Notes: generated by a model not told the origin, from the sequence alone. Shown: positions 9,661 through 20,102, numbered from the stretch's first letter. The stretch: DNA of 64,000 nt from an uncultured Nitrososphaerota archaeon (GCA_964594835.1 CAZQNA010000001.1:32001-96000); one strand, 5' to 3'. A program made the numbers and translations.

Positions 9661-9821
9661 TTAGGTTCGGAATAGACCTGGCCGAGCTGGGGGAGGAGGG
9701 GATGCCCTGCCAATTTACCCGGCCCTGATCGACCCGCTCCGCCTGGTGGAGTCTGGTCCATCTCCTCTCGCGGCCGGAATGCTCTCGCCCCCTCCCACGC
9801 CTAGAACGCCTGTCCTCAGGG

Positions 9822-11330
9822 GTGGTGTCCTTGGTTAGCGAGGTCTCGCTCACAGAGGGAGAGCTCAGACTGCTCAGGCTCTTGGCGGACCTGGGAGGCG
9901 AGTCGGACGTCGACCGCCTGCCCATGGACCGGAGCGCGGCCCTGGCCCTGGCCTCCCTGCTCTCGGACAAGGGGCTTGTCCGCGTCGAGAGGAGCGTGAA
10001 GAAGGTTCTCAGGCTCACTGATAGGGGCCGAGAGGCCTTGGATCGCGGTCTACCGGAGGAGCGCCTCCTGAGCCTGCTCAGATCGTCAGGCGGCTCGGTC
10101 CCGCTCAGGGCGGTTAGGGAGTCCAGCCTCTTCGCCGACAGGGCCGAGCTGGACGCGGCCCTCGGAGAGGCCAGGAGGGCTGGCTGGATCTCCTTCCAGA
10201 AGGTGGACGGCGAGACGGTCGTCGGGCTGTCCAATGCTCCGGAGGAGGTCCCACTGGCCAGGGCGCTGAGGGCCGCGGCCGCCGGTGAGCAGGTGCCGGA
10301 GGATATGATCAGGAGGCTGAGGTCCAGGGGGCTCGTGAGGGAGGAGGAGCTGGCCCAGTTCACGGTCAGCCTCACGGACGAAGGCCTCCGCGTGGCCCGC
10401 GGCGAGGTGCCCGTGGCGATAGAGGTGGCGAAGCTGACCAGGGAGCTGATCGAGACCGGCTCCTGGAGGAACGTCAGGCTCAAGTCCTACGACGTGACGC
10501 TCCCGCCCCCGACGGTTTACCCCGGCAAGTCCCACCCGTACGTCCAGTTCCTCGAGGAGGTCAGGGAGATCCTGATTGGGATGGGCTTCGAGGAGGTGAA
10601 GAGCCCCATCGTGGAGATGGAGTTCTGGAACTTCGACGTCCTGTTCCAGGCTCAGGATCACCCCGCCAGGGAGGTGCACGACTCCTACTCGCTGGCCTAC
10701 CCGTCCCGGGCCCCGAGGACCCCGGACGATTCCTTAGTCGATAGGGTGAGGAGGACCCACGAGGACGGGTGGAGGACTGGCTCCACGGGCTGGAGGTATC
10801 GGTGGAGCTTCGACACGGCCATGAGGCTGATGCTCAGGTCCCAGACGACCTCAGCCTCCGCGAGGACGCTGGCGAGCAGGAGGGAGCTGCCGCTGAAGAT
10901 ATTCGTCATTGACCGGGTCTTCCGGCCTGAGGCCCTCGACAGGACCCACTCCATGGAGTTCCACCAGTGCGAGGGTGTGGTGCTGGCCGAGGGACTGACC
11001 GTGAGGCACCTCCTCGGGTACCTGAGGGAGTTCGCCAACAAGCTTGGGTTCGAAGAGGTGGCCTTCAGGCCGGCCTACTTTCCGTTCACGGAGCCGAGCG
11101 TGGAGGCCTACGTCAAGCACCCCGAGCTGGGGTGGATAGAGATCGCGGGGTCGGGCCTGTTCAGGCCGGAGGTCCTCATCCCGCTGGGCTACGACTACCC
11201 GAAGGTCCAAGCCCTGGCCTGGGGGATCGGGATAGGCAGGCTCGCGATGGTGAGGCTAGGCATAGAGGACATCAGGGACCTGCACAGCCAGGACCTCCAG
11301 TTCCTCAGGGAGTTCCCGGCGAGGTGGTAG
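9822..11330 (+). CDS. pheS: Phenylalanyl-tRNA synthetase alpha subunit
   Basis: FWNFDVLFQAQDHPARE, HSMEFHQCEG, FPFTEPSVE, AWGIGIGRLAM. Confidence 0.96.
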   Translation: MVSLVSEVSLTEGELRLLRLLADLGGESDVDRLPMDRSAALALASLLSDKGLVRVERSVKKVLRLTDRGREALDRGLPEERLLSLLRSSGGSVPLRAVRESSLFADRAELDAALGEARRAGWISFQKVDGETVVGLSNAPEEVPLARALRAAAAGEQVPEDMIRRLRSRGLVREEELAQFTVSLTDEGLRVARGEVPVAIEVAKLTRELIETGSWRNVRLKSYDVTLPPPTVYPGKSHPYVQFLEEVREILIGMGFEEVKSPIVEMEFWNFDVLFQAQDHPAREVHDSYSLAYPSRAPRTPDDSLVDRVRRTHEDGWRTGSTGWRYRWSFDTAMRLMLRSQTTSASARTLASRRELPLKIFVIDRVFRPEALDRTHSMEFHQCEGVVLAEGLTVRHLLGYLREFANKLGFEEVAFRPAYFPFTEPSVEAYVKHPELGWIEIAGSGLFRPEVLIPLGYDYPKVQALAWGIGIGRLAMVRLGIEDIRDLHSQDLQFLREFPARW

Positions 11331-11331
11331 C

Positions 11332-13011
11332 ATGCCCGTGATATCGGTCGGCTACTCGGACCTTTGCAGGCTCGTGGGAGAGCTCATCCCCACGGAGTCC
11401 CTCGAGGACCTCCTCTCGAGGGTTAAGGTGGAGCTCGAGGGCGAGGAGGATGGACAGCTTGAGCTGGAGGTGACGGCTGATCGGCTTGACCTCGTGACCG
11501 TGGAGGGAATTGCGAGGGCGCTGAAGGGACTCTTGGGCAGGGAGACCGGGCTCCCAAGGTACGAGGCCCTCGACTCCGGCTGGGAGATCCGCGTGGACCC
11601 TTCGGTCGAGCGGGTGAGGCCATACGTGGTCGGCGCAGTCGTGGAGGGTGTGGAGTTCGACGAGGATGCCCTGGTGGCGCTGATGAGGGCTCAGGAGAAG
11701 CTACACCAGACTTTGGGGAGGGACAGGCGGAAGATGTCGATGGGAATTCACAACGCCGACGTCATCGAGCCCCCCATATCCTACGCGGCCGAGCCCTCGG
11801 ACCGGGTGAGGTTCGTCCCCCTCGGAGAGGCGGAGGAGATGACGGCGAGGGAGATGCTCAGCAGGACCGAGAAGGGCAGGGAGTACGCTCACCTGGTGGG
11901 CGACGGGTCCGTGGTTCCCGTGCTCCGCGACTCGAAGGGAGACGTCCTCTCGATCCCGCCCATCCTGAACGGGGAGCTTACGAGGGTGACCGAGTCCACC
12001 AGGAACCTGTTCATCGACGTGACGGGCCCCGACCTGAGGGCCATCTCCCAGGCCCTCGTGCTGATCACCACCGCGCTGGCCGAGAGGGGGGGCAGGATAG
12101 GAACCGTGGTGGTCAGGTATCCGGGGGAGCCTGGGGAGCTGATCACGCCCGACCTCTCCACGTCGGAGCTGACGGTGGACGTGAATTACGTGAACTCCGT
12201 GATGGGCCTCAACCTGACGCCGGAGGAGATCGCTGACCTGCTGAGGAGGGTCAGACTGGGGGCCGAGGTCCAGGGGGACTCGGTGAGGGTGCTGATCCCG
12301 CCGTACAGGTTCGACTTCCTCCACCCGGTCGACGTGGTCGAGGAGGTCGCGCAGGCCGTGGGCTACGACAGGCTCGAGCCAGAGCTCCCAGCCTGGGTAT
12401 CCACGTTCGGCCGCAGACACCCGATCGAGAAGGTCTCCGCCCTCGTGCGGACGCTGATGATCGGGATGGGCTACCAGGAAATACTGAACTACGTGATGAC
12501 GAGCAGGGAGGCGCTGTTCGAGAGGGTCCTCAGGCAGGAGTCTCCCGTGGTCGAGGTGGCGAACCCCGTGACGGCCTCCTACTCCGTTCTCAGGGACTCG
12601 CTCCTGCCGGGCGTGATCGCTTTCCTCGCCAGGAACACGGGCGCGCCCCTCCCGCAGAAGGTGTTCGAAGTGGGCGACGTGGTGATACCCGACGAGTCCG
12701 CCGAGACGGGAGCGAGGGACGAGAGGAGGGTCTGCGCCGCCATAGCGGACAGCGAGGTGGGATTCGAGGACATACAGGCCGACCTCTACGCGCTCCTGAG
12801 GAACCTGAACGTCGACTTCGAGGTCAGGCAGGCCCGCCACCCGACGCTCCTGCCCGGCAGAACTGCGGAGATACTCGTGTCCGGAAAGACCGCGGGGGTT
12901 GTGGGCGAGGTCAACCCGGAGGTGCTGGAGCTGAACAAGATCAAGACTCCCGTCGCCGCCTTCGAACTCTCACTTCCGGCCCTGAAGATTATAGGCCCCA
13001 GGGGTCCATAG
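11332..13011 (+). CDS. pheT: Phenylalanyl-tRNA synthetase beta subunit
   Basis: QEKLH, PPILNG, RFDFLHPVDVVEEVA, VFEVGDVV; adjacent to pheS. Confidence 0.95.
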   Translation: MPVISVGYSDLCRLVGELIPTESLEDLLSRVKVELEGEEDGQLELEVTADRLDLVTVEGIARALKGLLGRETGLPRYEALDSGWEIRVDPSVERVRPYVVGAVVEGVEFDEDALVALMRAQEKLHQTLGRDRRKMSMGIHNADVIEPPISYAAEPSDRVRFVPLGEAEEMTAREMLSRTEKGREYAHLVGDGSVVPVLRDSKGDVLSIPPILNGELTRVTESTRNLFIDVTGPDLRAISQALVLITTALAERGGRIGTVVVRYPGEPGELITPDLSTSELTVDVNYVNSVMGLNLTPEEIADLLRRVRLGAEVQGDSVRVLIPPYRFDFLHPVDVVEEVAQAVGYDRLEPELPAWVSTFGRRHPIEKVSALVRTLMIGMGYQEILNYVMTSREALFERVLRQESPVVEVANPVTASYSVLRDSLLPGVIAFLARNTGAPLPQKVFEVGDVVIPDESAETGARDERRVCAAIADSEVGFEDIQADLYALLRNLNVDFEVRQARHPTLLPGRTAEILVSGKTAGVVGEVNPEVLELNKIKTPVAAFELSLPALKIIGPRGP

Positions 13012-13027
13012 CAGCAGTGCAGATCCC

Positions 13028-13393
13028 ATGCTGGTGGAGTCCACGGGCTTCGGCCACATAGTGATCGACGGCAAGCGGTACGGGCACGACGTCGTCCTGA
13101 CGGACGAGGTTCGCCCCAGGAGGAAGGAGCTCTCCAAGTCCCTCAGGTCGAGGTTCGGTCACACTCCGCTCACGGGCGACGAGATCCTCGCCTACTTCAG
13201 GGACTACAGGCCCGAGGTGATCGTGGTGGGCACCGGGCAGTTCGGGGCTCTCCCGCTGGTCGGGGTCGAGGAGGCGGCCAGGGAGCTCGGTGCGGAGCTG
13301 ATCGCGAAGAGGACGGGGGAGGCCCTGAAGGAGTACAACAGGCTAGTGAAAGAGGGGAGGAGGGTGGCGGCCCTCTTCCACGTCACCTGCTGA
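13028..13393 (+). CDS. Mth938-like (DUF498) domain protein
   Basis: FGHIVIDGKRY, PEVIVVGTGQFG, C-terminal HVTC. Confidence 0.85.
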   Translation: MLVESTGFGHIVIDGKRYGHDVVLTDEVRPRRKELSKSLRSRFGHTPLTGDEILAYFRDYRPEVIVVGTGQFGALPLVGVEEAARELGAELIAKRTGEALKEYNRLVKEGRRVAALFHVTC

Positions 13394-13402
13394 GGCCGCC
13401 CC

Positions 13403-14512
13403 TCAGGATCCCTCCCTGGCCCAGTCCAGCACGTACTCCGCCAGGAGCCTGCTGTTCAGCACTAGGTCCCTCAGGTCCACGACCTCGACGCCGCTGTGCA
13501 TGTACCTGTTGGGGATGGACGAGAGGGCCGTCTTCACGCCGCCCCGGGCTATCTGTATGGCCCAGGTGTCCGTCCCCATGCCCCTGGGGTCGGCCTCCCT
13601 CTGGTGGGGTATCTCCCTCTCCTCCGCGATCTTCAGGAGCCTCTCGACCACCTCCGGGTGGTAGATGGGCCCTATTGAGATCACCGGACCCTTGCCCAGC
13701 TCGGCCCTGACCCTCTCGGGCGGCAGGCCGGGCGAGGTCGCGAAGGTGACGTCGACCACGAGGGCCACGTCTGGCCTCAGCTCGTACCCCATCATGTAGG
13801 CGCCCCTGAGCCCTATCTCCTCCTGAACCGTGGCCACCACGTGAACCCTCACGTCCCTCAGCTCTTCCCTCCTCTCCCACAGCCTCTTGGCTGCCATGAA
13901 GATCGTGGCAACGCCCGACTTGTCGTCGAACCCGCTTCCGACGACCCTGTACCTGGTCAGCTCGTCGTAGGGCGCGTCGAGGATCACGTAGTCCCCGATC
14001 CTCACCCCCATCTCCTTCGCCTGTTCCTTGCTCTCCGCCCCGATGTCTATGGCGAGGTTCTCAAACTCCGGCGGCTTCTCCCTCTGCTCCTTCTTCATGA
14101 GGTGAGGCGGTACCGTTCCTATGACCCCCTTGACGGGCCCCTTCCTGGTGAGGACCCTGACCCTCCAGCCGTACGGGACCTTCGGATCCCACCCTCCGAC
14201 GGGGGAGAACTTCAGGTACCCCTTGTCGTCGATCGCCCTGACGATGAAGCCTACCTGATCGATGTGGGCCACCAGCATGACCGACCGCTTCCCCTCGGGA
14301 TTGATCGTGCCTACGTAGTTGGCCCACCCCGTGACGCGGATCTCGTCGACGTAGGGGCTCAGGAGCTCTCTGACGACCTCTTCGGCCGAGCGCTCCATCC
14401 CAGTCACGGTGGGGGTGGAGACCAGGCGATTCAGCATCCGGGCCGCAAGGGTCCTCTCCTCCTCTGGGACCTCAACGACCTCCCCCTTCTTCTCCTCCTT
14501 TTCCTTGGCCAT
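13403..14512 (-). CDS. M42 family (TET) aminopeptidase
   Basis: AHIDQVG, FDDKSG, QEEIGLRGA, VDVT, RYMHS. Confidence 0.92.
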   Translation of the reverse strand: MAKEKEEKKGEVVEVPEEERTLAARMLNRLVSTPTVTGMERSAEEVVRELLSPYVDEIRVTGWANYVGTINPEGKRSVMLVAHIDQVGFIVRAIDDKGYLKFSPVGGWDPKVPYGWRVRVLTRKGPVKGVIGTVPPHLMKKEQREKPPEFENLAIDIGAESKEQAKEMGVRIGDYVILDAPYDELTRYRVVGSGFDDKSGVATIFMAAKRLWERREELRDVRVHVVATVQEEIGLRGAYMMGYELRPDVALVVDVTFATSPGLPPERVRAELGKGPVISIGPIYHPEVVERLLKIAEEREIPHQREADPRGMGTDTWAIQIARGGVKTALSSIPNRYMHSGVEVVDLRDLVLNSRLLAEYVLDWAREGS

Positions 14513-14741
14513 AGTAATCGCCGATCGGCACGTAGAGTGGGTAGAAATAAAACCAGCGGTTGGTGAGGCAGGAGATTGGTATTCTACGGTCTCTTCGCCC
14601 TTATCAACCCGCAGAGATCCCTAATGCGAGCGCGTGACCCGCTTCGCGCGGACGACGAGACTGCGAACAGCTATAAGGCAAAGCGCCCCGGACTCGGGAT
14701 CCGGTCGGGGGGCGGCGGGCCTCCCGCAGGGGGTGCGGGTG

Positions 14742-16019
14742 ATGAAAGAGTTCCTCATTGAGGATGTCAGGTCCATGGAGGTCCTCGACTCTAGGGGCAA
14801 TCCCACCGTCAAGACCTGGATTAGGACCTCTGGGGGATTCGTCGGCTCATTCTCGGTTCCGTCTGGTGCCTCCAAGGGTGTTCACGAGGCGGTGGAGCTG
14901 AGGGACGGGGGAAGGAGGCTGGGCGGCAGGGGAGTCCTCAAGGCAGTCGCCAACGTAGAGGGTCCCCTGGCGGCGGTCGTGGTGGGAAGAGACGTCAGGA
15001 TGCAGAGGGAGATAGATCTGGCCATGATAGAGGCCGACGGCACCCCCGACAAGTCGAGGTTCGGGGCCAACGCCATCCTATCCGTCTCGATGGCAGCCGC
15101 GAGGGCCGCCTCGATCGGCCTGAGGATGCCCCTATACCGGTACGTGGGTGGGGTCAACGCCCACGTCCTGCCAGTCCCACTGATGAATGTACTGAATGGG
15201 GGCCTCCACGCTGGAAACGACCTCTCGATCCAGGAGTTCATGATAGTCCCAGCCGCCTTCGACTCTTTCCGCGACGCCCTCTACGCGGCGGTCGAGGTCT
15301 ACAGCGAACTCGGGAGGATCCTGGTGGACAGATACGGGAAGACCGCCAGAAACCTGGGAGACGAGGGGGGATACGCGCCGCCCATGAAGGAGACCAGGGA
15401 GGCCTTGGACGCCCTCATGTCCGCCGTTGAGGCGGCGGGGCACGACGGCAAGGTGTTCCTCGCTCTTGACGCCGCGGCCAGCAGCTTCTACAGGGACGGC
15501 ACCTACTCGCTGGACGGGAGGGACCTGTCCCCGGACGCCCTCCTGGACTACTATGAGAGGCTCCTGGAGGAGTATCCGATAGTCAGCTTGGAGGATCCGT
15601 TCTACGAGGAGGACTTCGAGATCCTCGCGAGGATGACGAGGGAGTTCGGAGACAGGGTTCAGATCGTCGGGGACGACTACTTCACGACGAGCGTGGAGCG
15701 GCTCAAGGTGGGGATAGCGAGGGGCGCGGCGAACTCCCTCCTGTGGAAGATCAACCAGGTCGGGACGCTCACAGAGGCCCTGGAGGCGGCCAGACTGGCG
15801 CAGAGCAATGGATACACGGTGATCGTCAGTCACAGGTCGGGAGAGACGATCGACACGGCAATAGCGGACCTGGCCGTCGCCATAAACGCGGGGCAGATCA
15901 AGACAGGGGCCCCAGCGAGGGGAGAGCGCGTCGCGAAGTACAACAGGCTCCTTGAGATTGAGGAGGATCTCGGCTCAGCCGCCGTGTACCCCGGGCTCTC
16001 AGCCTTCAGGAGGGGCTAG
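14742..16019 (+). CDS. eno: Enolase
   Basis: LDSRGNPTV, PSGAS, GDEGG, SHRSGET, QIKTGAP, KYNRLL; ATG 14742 chosen as start. Confidence 0.97.
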   Translation: MKEFLIEDVRSMEVLDSRGNPTVKTWIRTSGGFVGSFSVPSGASKGVHEAVELRDGGRRLGGRGVLKAVANVEGPLAAVVVGRDVRMQREIDLAMIEADGTPDKSRFGANAILSVSMAAARAASIGLRMPLYRYVGGVNAHVLPVPLMNVLNGGLHAGNDLSIQEFMIVPAAFDSFRDALYAAVEVYSELGRILVDRYGKTARNLGDEGGYAPPMKETREALDALMSAVEAAGHDGKVFLALDAAASSFYRDGTYSLDGRDLSPDALLDYYERLLEEYPIVSLEDPFYEEDFEILARMTREFGDRVQIVGDDYFTTSVERLKVGIARGAANSLLWKINQVGTLTEALEAARLAQSNGYTVIVSHRSGETIDTAIADLAVAINAGQIKTGAPARGERVAKYNRLLEIEEDLGSAAVYPGLSAFRRG

Positions 16020-17411
16020 GTACCTGGCGAAGAAGTCCCTCCGCCTGATCAGCATCTCCCACATGACCGGGAGCAGGTCTCCCCACGCGGGAAACTCCGG
16101 GTCTCCGTCGGTCATGACCCTCGCCCTGTCGGCGGACAGCCTGAGGATCTTTGGGAGGGGGCCTCTCTCGCCGAGGAACTCTCCGGCAAACTCCGTCAGG
16201 TTGCGGGGCCTCCTGAGCTTGTAGACGACCCACCTGCTCCCCTCGATGTAGGGGCCGCCGAGGGTGTCCCTCGCCCGGAGGTGCCTCTCCAAGAACCCCT
16301 CCTCCCCCGGTCCCCCCACCTCTGGGCCCCTCCTCTTGATGACCTCGGGGAGCTCCACCCTCTCCACCTCGGCGATCAGGGCTACCCTGCCCTCCTCGTC
16401 AGTCCATCCCTCGGCCTGTACCGGCAGGAACCCTCGCTCCTCGAGGAACCTCTCGAGCCTTCGCGCGCCGCTCAGGGCCTGGGACCACAGCACGTCCGGC
16501 GCCTCCCGCAGCCCGTCGAAGAGGAAGAGGACGAGGTGAGTTCCCCTCCTCCTGAGCTCGTCCTTCACGTCCTCCAAGCCCACCGGTGGAGTGCCCTTCT
16601 CCGCGAAGAACTCCTCGGTCGGATTTCGCAGCAGAGCCCTGCAGGCCGCCCTGAACCTGCTGAACTGTGTCTCACTCACCGCAGACGCCACGTTCCTCCT
16701 GGGGTCGACCGGATCCACCACGATCATGGGTTCGGCGCACTCACTGACCCAGGCCGGGGGCTCTCCTTCGAGGGTGATCATCACCCTCCTCCCCCAGGAG
16801 GCCGCGGCGCGCACCAGGCCTACGAAGGACCCGTGCGACAGTATAAGGAGCTCTGCGAGGTACCCGCTGAACCCCGAGGTGGATATCTCCGCCCCGTAGG
16901 CGCCTATCCCCCTCATGAACGCCTTGAGGACCCTTACCTCGTCTCTCAACCTGTCGTTCAGTCTCCCCTGGAGGAACCTGTTGTGGAGAACCGTTCTGTC
17001 CACTGGCGACTTGATCTCGTCGTGGCTTGTCACCCTGTAAGCGGGGACTACGTCTATCTCGAACCCCCTTAGCGTGACCACGGCGTAGGGGTGGCTCGCG
17101 TACCTGAGCCTGTACTCCCCAAAGGCCCTCTCGGCGGCGGCCAGGGCCGAGGGCCCCAGCCGGTCGTACGGGTACTCAAGGGGAAAGAGGAGGAGGATGT
17201 CGATATCGGCCTTGCCTGGCAACCAGGTGTCTCTGACGGCTGATCCAACAGGCGCAGGCTCTGCGGGGATCTCCAGATCCTTTAGGGCCGATCTCAGCCT
17301 GTCGACCGATTCCCTAATGACTTCCCTGACCCTCTCCCTCTCGGAGGTTGAGGGCCTCAGCTCCTCCTTCATCCTCTCGACGAGTTCTAGTAGGGGGGAT
17401 TCGTGGCCCAA
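15999..17411 (-). CDS. cca: Archaeal class I CCA-adding enzyme
   Basis: GSxxRDTWL..DIDI, YASHPY, VDRT, GFSGYLAELL, DPVDPRRNVASAVS. Confidence 0.93.
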   Translation of the reverse strand: MGHESPLLELVERMKEELRPSTSERERVREVIRESVDRLRSALKDLEIPAEPAPVGSAVRDTWLPGKADIDILLLFPLEYPYDRLGPSALAAAERAFGEYRLRYASHPYAVVTLRGFEIDVVPAYRVTSHDEIKSPVDRTVLHNRFLQGRLNDRLRDEVRVLKAFMRGIGAYGAEISTSGFSGYLAELLILSHGSFVGLVRAAASWGRRVMITLEGEPPAWVSECAEPMIVVDPVDPRRNVASAVSETQFSRFRAACRALLRNPTEEFFAEKGTPPVGLEDVKDELRRRGTHLVLFLFDGLREAPDVLWSQALSGARRLERFLEERGFLPVQAEGWTDEEGRVALIAEVERVELPEVIKRRGPEVGGPGEEGFLERHLRARDTLGGPYIEGSRWVVYKLRRPRNLTEFAGEFLGERGPLPKILRLSADRARVMTDGDPEFPAWGDLLPVMWEMLIRRRDFFARYLAPPEG

Positions 17412-17470
17412 CGCCGCGTCGCGGCTGCGGCCCGCGGGGCAATAATATCATCCCCCCACATCCCGACTCG

Positions 17471-18244
17471 GTGACCGCCTGGACGGCCGTCAGGATAGCC
17501 TACCTGGGCTCTGGCTTCTTTGGGTTCGCGAGGCAGCCGGGCTTGAGGACCGTTCAGGGTGAGCTGGAGGACGCCCTCGCGGACCTGGGGTACCTGAGGG
17601 AGGGAGGGCTCAGGGTCACCAGCAGGACGGACAGGGGGGTATCCGCCCTGGACAACGTGGTCGTCTTCAGGTCCGAGGGGGAGGTCTCCCTCGGGGCCTT
17701 GAACGCCAGGCTCTCAGAGGACCTCTGCGCGTGGGGAGTGGCCAGCCTTGGGGGCCCCGGAGACCTGAGGTGCCGGTGGAAGGTGTACCTCTACGTCTCG
17801 CCGGCCCTCCTGGCCCCTCCCCTCGATGCCCTGAGGGGGGCGCTGCTGGAGGCCAGGAGGCTTGGGGGAGCCGCCTTCTGCAGGAGCGGCGAGGCACCCT
17901 TCCCCGAGGTCGGAGTGCTCGACCTCTACCCACTCACCAGGGGGCTGATCTTTCGGGGTGAGAGGTTCTGCTGGGAGATGGTGAGGCGGATCGTGGGGTT
18001 CACCCTCGAGCTTTCCACCAGGGGGAGGAGTGTGGTGAGGCCCGCCCCGCCCGGCGGGCTCCTCCTGCTGAGGACAGCGTGCGAGGGCGCGGACTTCCAA
18101 CTTGACCCGAGACCCCTGCGCAGGATGGCGGAGAGGTACGCCAGACTCGCGGACTTCTGGGCGGGTCAGGTGGCGCTGGTGTCCCTGGCCTCCGGCTCGG
18201 TGGACGTGGAAGAGGTCATCTCTTGGTCGCGATCACCGTTCTAG
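17471..18244 (+). CDS. truA: tRNA pseudouridine(38-40) synthase TruA-like
   Basis: IAYLGSGFFGFARQPGLRTVQGEL, SRTDRGVSA, FCWEMVRRIVG. Confidence 0.82.
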   Translation: MTAWTAVRIAYLGSGFFGFARQPGLRTVQGELEDALADLGYLREGGLRVTSRTDRGVSALDNVVVFRSEGEVSLGALNARLSEDLCAWGVASLGGPGDLRCRWKVYLYVSPALLAPPLDALRGALLEARRLGGAAFCRSGEAPFPEVGVLDLYPLTRGLIFRGERFCWEMVRRIVGFTLELSTRGRSVVRPAPPGGLLLLRTACEGADFQLDPRPLRRMAERYARLADFWAGQVALVSLASGSVDVEEVISWSRSPF

Positions 18245-18494
18245 TCTCCACGACGTACCACCTGACCCTGTCCCGGAACCACCTCCAGAACCTGACGTAG
18301 GCGTCCATGCTGTCACACTCCAGCATCAGGAAGCCGTTGTAGGACGTCCCCCAGGCGTGGTCGTAGACGCCGAGCAGCCTGACCTCCGGCGGCCACTCGG
18401 CCATCATCTCCTCCCACTCGCGCCTGGCCTTCTCCTCCTCCTCGTCCGACATCTCCTTGAGCTTGTAGAAGACGATGTACACGTACGTGGGCAT
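18216..18494 (-). CDS. Small hypothetical protein (dimeric alpha-beta barrel / GYD-like)
   Basis: 92-aa ORF from ATG 18494 with genome-like codon usage and a TATA-like upstream sequence; the fold is inferred. Confidence 0.6.
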   Translation of the reverse strand: MPTYVYIVFYKLKEMSDEEEEKARREWEEMMAEWPPEVRLLGVYDHAWGTSYNGFLMLECDSMDAYVRFWRWFRDRVRWYVVETRTVIATKR

Positions 18495-18528
18495 GGCTCC
18501 AACCCAGCGGGACGGGCGGCCGTTCATA

Positions 18529-20079
18529 TTAAGGGTGAGGGGGACGGACCGGACACACCCCACACGCCCAGCAGCGCTCGTCGCAGCTCGGCGTCACCTG
18601 GCCAGCCTCCGCCCTCTTGAGCTCCGTGAGGAGCGCCTCGTCGGTCACCCCTGTATCGACGGCTCTCCTCCAGGGAACGTCGCGGCGGCCGTAGAGGACG
18701 CGCTCCGGATCGATGCCCCACCTGGAGAATGAACGGGCGTAGTTTGACAGCTGGTAGGGGCCCGTCGAGGCCTCGATCAGGGCCTCCCCGGACCCGCGCG
18801 GGGCGAGGGAGATGAGGCCCTGCACTGCCGCCCTGCCGGGGTGGACGGCCTTGACCCTCACCCCTGCCCTGGACCTGAGGTACCCCACTCTCGCCCTGTA
18901 GACCTCCCGCCGAGTCATGGGGACGCCCTGGAACGGGGTGTGCGGCTTGGGAACGAACTGGCTGACGGAGACGTCGACCCTCACGCCCGCCGACTTGACT
19001 CGGGATACCATCTCCGCGGTCGAGGCGAGGTCCTCCTTGGTCTCTCCGGGCAGGCCGACCATGAGGTAGAGCTTGACCTCCCAGATGTCCGCCGACTTGA
19101 GGATCTCGACGGCGCTCAGGATCTCCTCGAGGACCGTCCTCTTGTTGATCGCCGCCGCCAGCCTGGGGCTGCCTGTCTCGGGGGCGAGCGATACCTTCCT
19201 CACACCCGACCCCCTCAGGACCTCTCCCATCTCCGGGGTCAACATGTCCGCCCTGAGCGACGGGAGCGAGGGCCTGAGCCCCGCATCCACCACGCTCTGC
19301 AGGACGTCGACGGTCCTTGGATGGCCGAGGACGTCGCTTCCTATCACGTAAACCCTCTCAAACCCCAGCTCCGCGGCGAGCTCCACCTGACCCAATAGCT
19401 GGCTCAGCGGCCTGTCTCTCCTCGGCCTCTGAGTCCAGCCCAGGAGGCAGAACCTGCACCCGTGAGAACACCCCCTCGAGAGTTCCAGGAGGAAGGGGTT
19501 CTGACCCCCGTCACGGAACCTTGCCCTTATCTGCCTCTCGGGCAGGTAGGTCAGGGGGGATCGCCTGAACCTCGCCCGCCCTCCGGGGAGGTAGGCCCCC
19601 TCGACCTCCTTGAGGCTCTCCGCGTCTCCCCCCTCTAGGAAGACCCTCAAGATCTCTTGGACGACCCCCTCTCCGTCCCCCACGACCGAGACGTCGGCGA
19701 ATCCCTCGAAGGGCAGCGGGTTGGCGGTGACGGGTCCACCGACGACCAGCCTGACCTCCCTGTCCCCCCTGCGAGGGGAGATAGAGTACTCCCTAAGCAT
19801 TCGGAGCAGCGTGTGGACCTGCCCCTCGAAGTGCAGGGACGCCAGTATCACGTCGAACTCTCTCAGATCTGATCCGCTCTCCACCGATCCGACCGAGTCT
19901 GACGTGAACCTCTCCGCCATCACCCCGGGCACGGAGTTGGCCAGGAAGTAGATCATCTGATGGCCGAGCGAGTTGACCGCGGCCTGGTAGGGTCCCGGGT
20001 ATACCACGGCCACCCTGAGCCCGTAGTCCCTAGGATCTCTATCGTAGAAGCCGCCTTCCTCCAGGACCCCCCGGTGCAT
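18529..20079 (-). CDS. Radical SAM protein (B12-binding-like N-domain, YgiQ-related)
   Basis: ELSRGCSHGCRFC, APETGS, YLMVGLPGET, FVPKPHTPF. Confidence 0.85.
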   Translation of the reverse strand: MHRGVLEEGGFYDRDPRDYGLRVAVVYPGPYQAAVNSLGHQMIYFLANSVPGVMAERFTSDSVGSVESGSDLREFDVILASLHFEGQVHTLLRMLREYSISPRRGDREVRLVVGGPVTANPLPFEGFADVSVVGDGEGVVQEILRVFLEGGDAESLKEVEGAYLPGGRARFRRSPLTYLPERQIRARFRDGGQNPFLLELSRGCSHGCRFCLLGWTQRPRRDRPLSQLLGQVELAAELGFERVYVIGSDVLGHPRTVDVLQSVVDAGLRPSLPSLRADMLTPEMGEVLRGSGVRKVSLAPETGSPRLAAAINKRTVLEEILSAVEILKSADIWEVKLYLMVGLPGETKEDLASTAEMVSRVKSAGVRVDVSVSQFVPKPHTPFQGVPMTRREVYRARVGYLRSRAGVRVKAVHPGRAAVQGLISLAPRGSGEALIEASTGPYQLSNYARSFSRWGIDPERVLYGRRDVPWRRAVDTGVTDEALLTELKRAEAGQVTPSCDERCWACGVCPVRPPHP

Positions 20080-20102
20080 CCGTGACCACACCTGAAGAAG
20101 TC

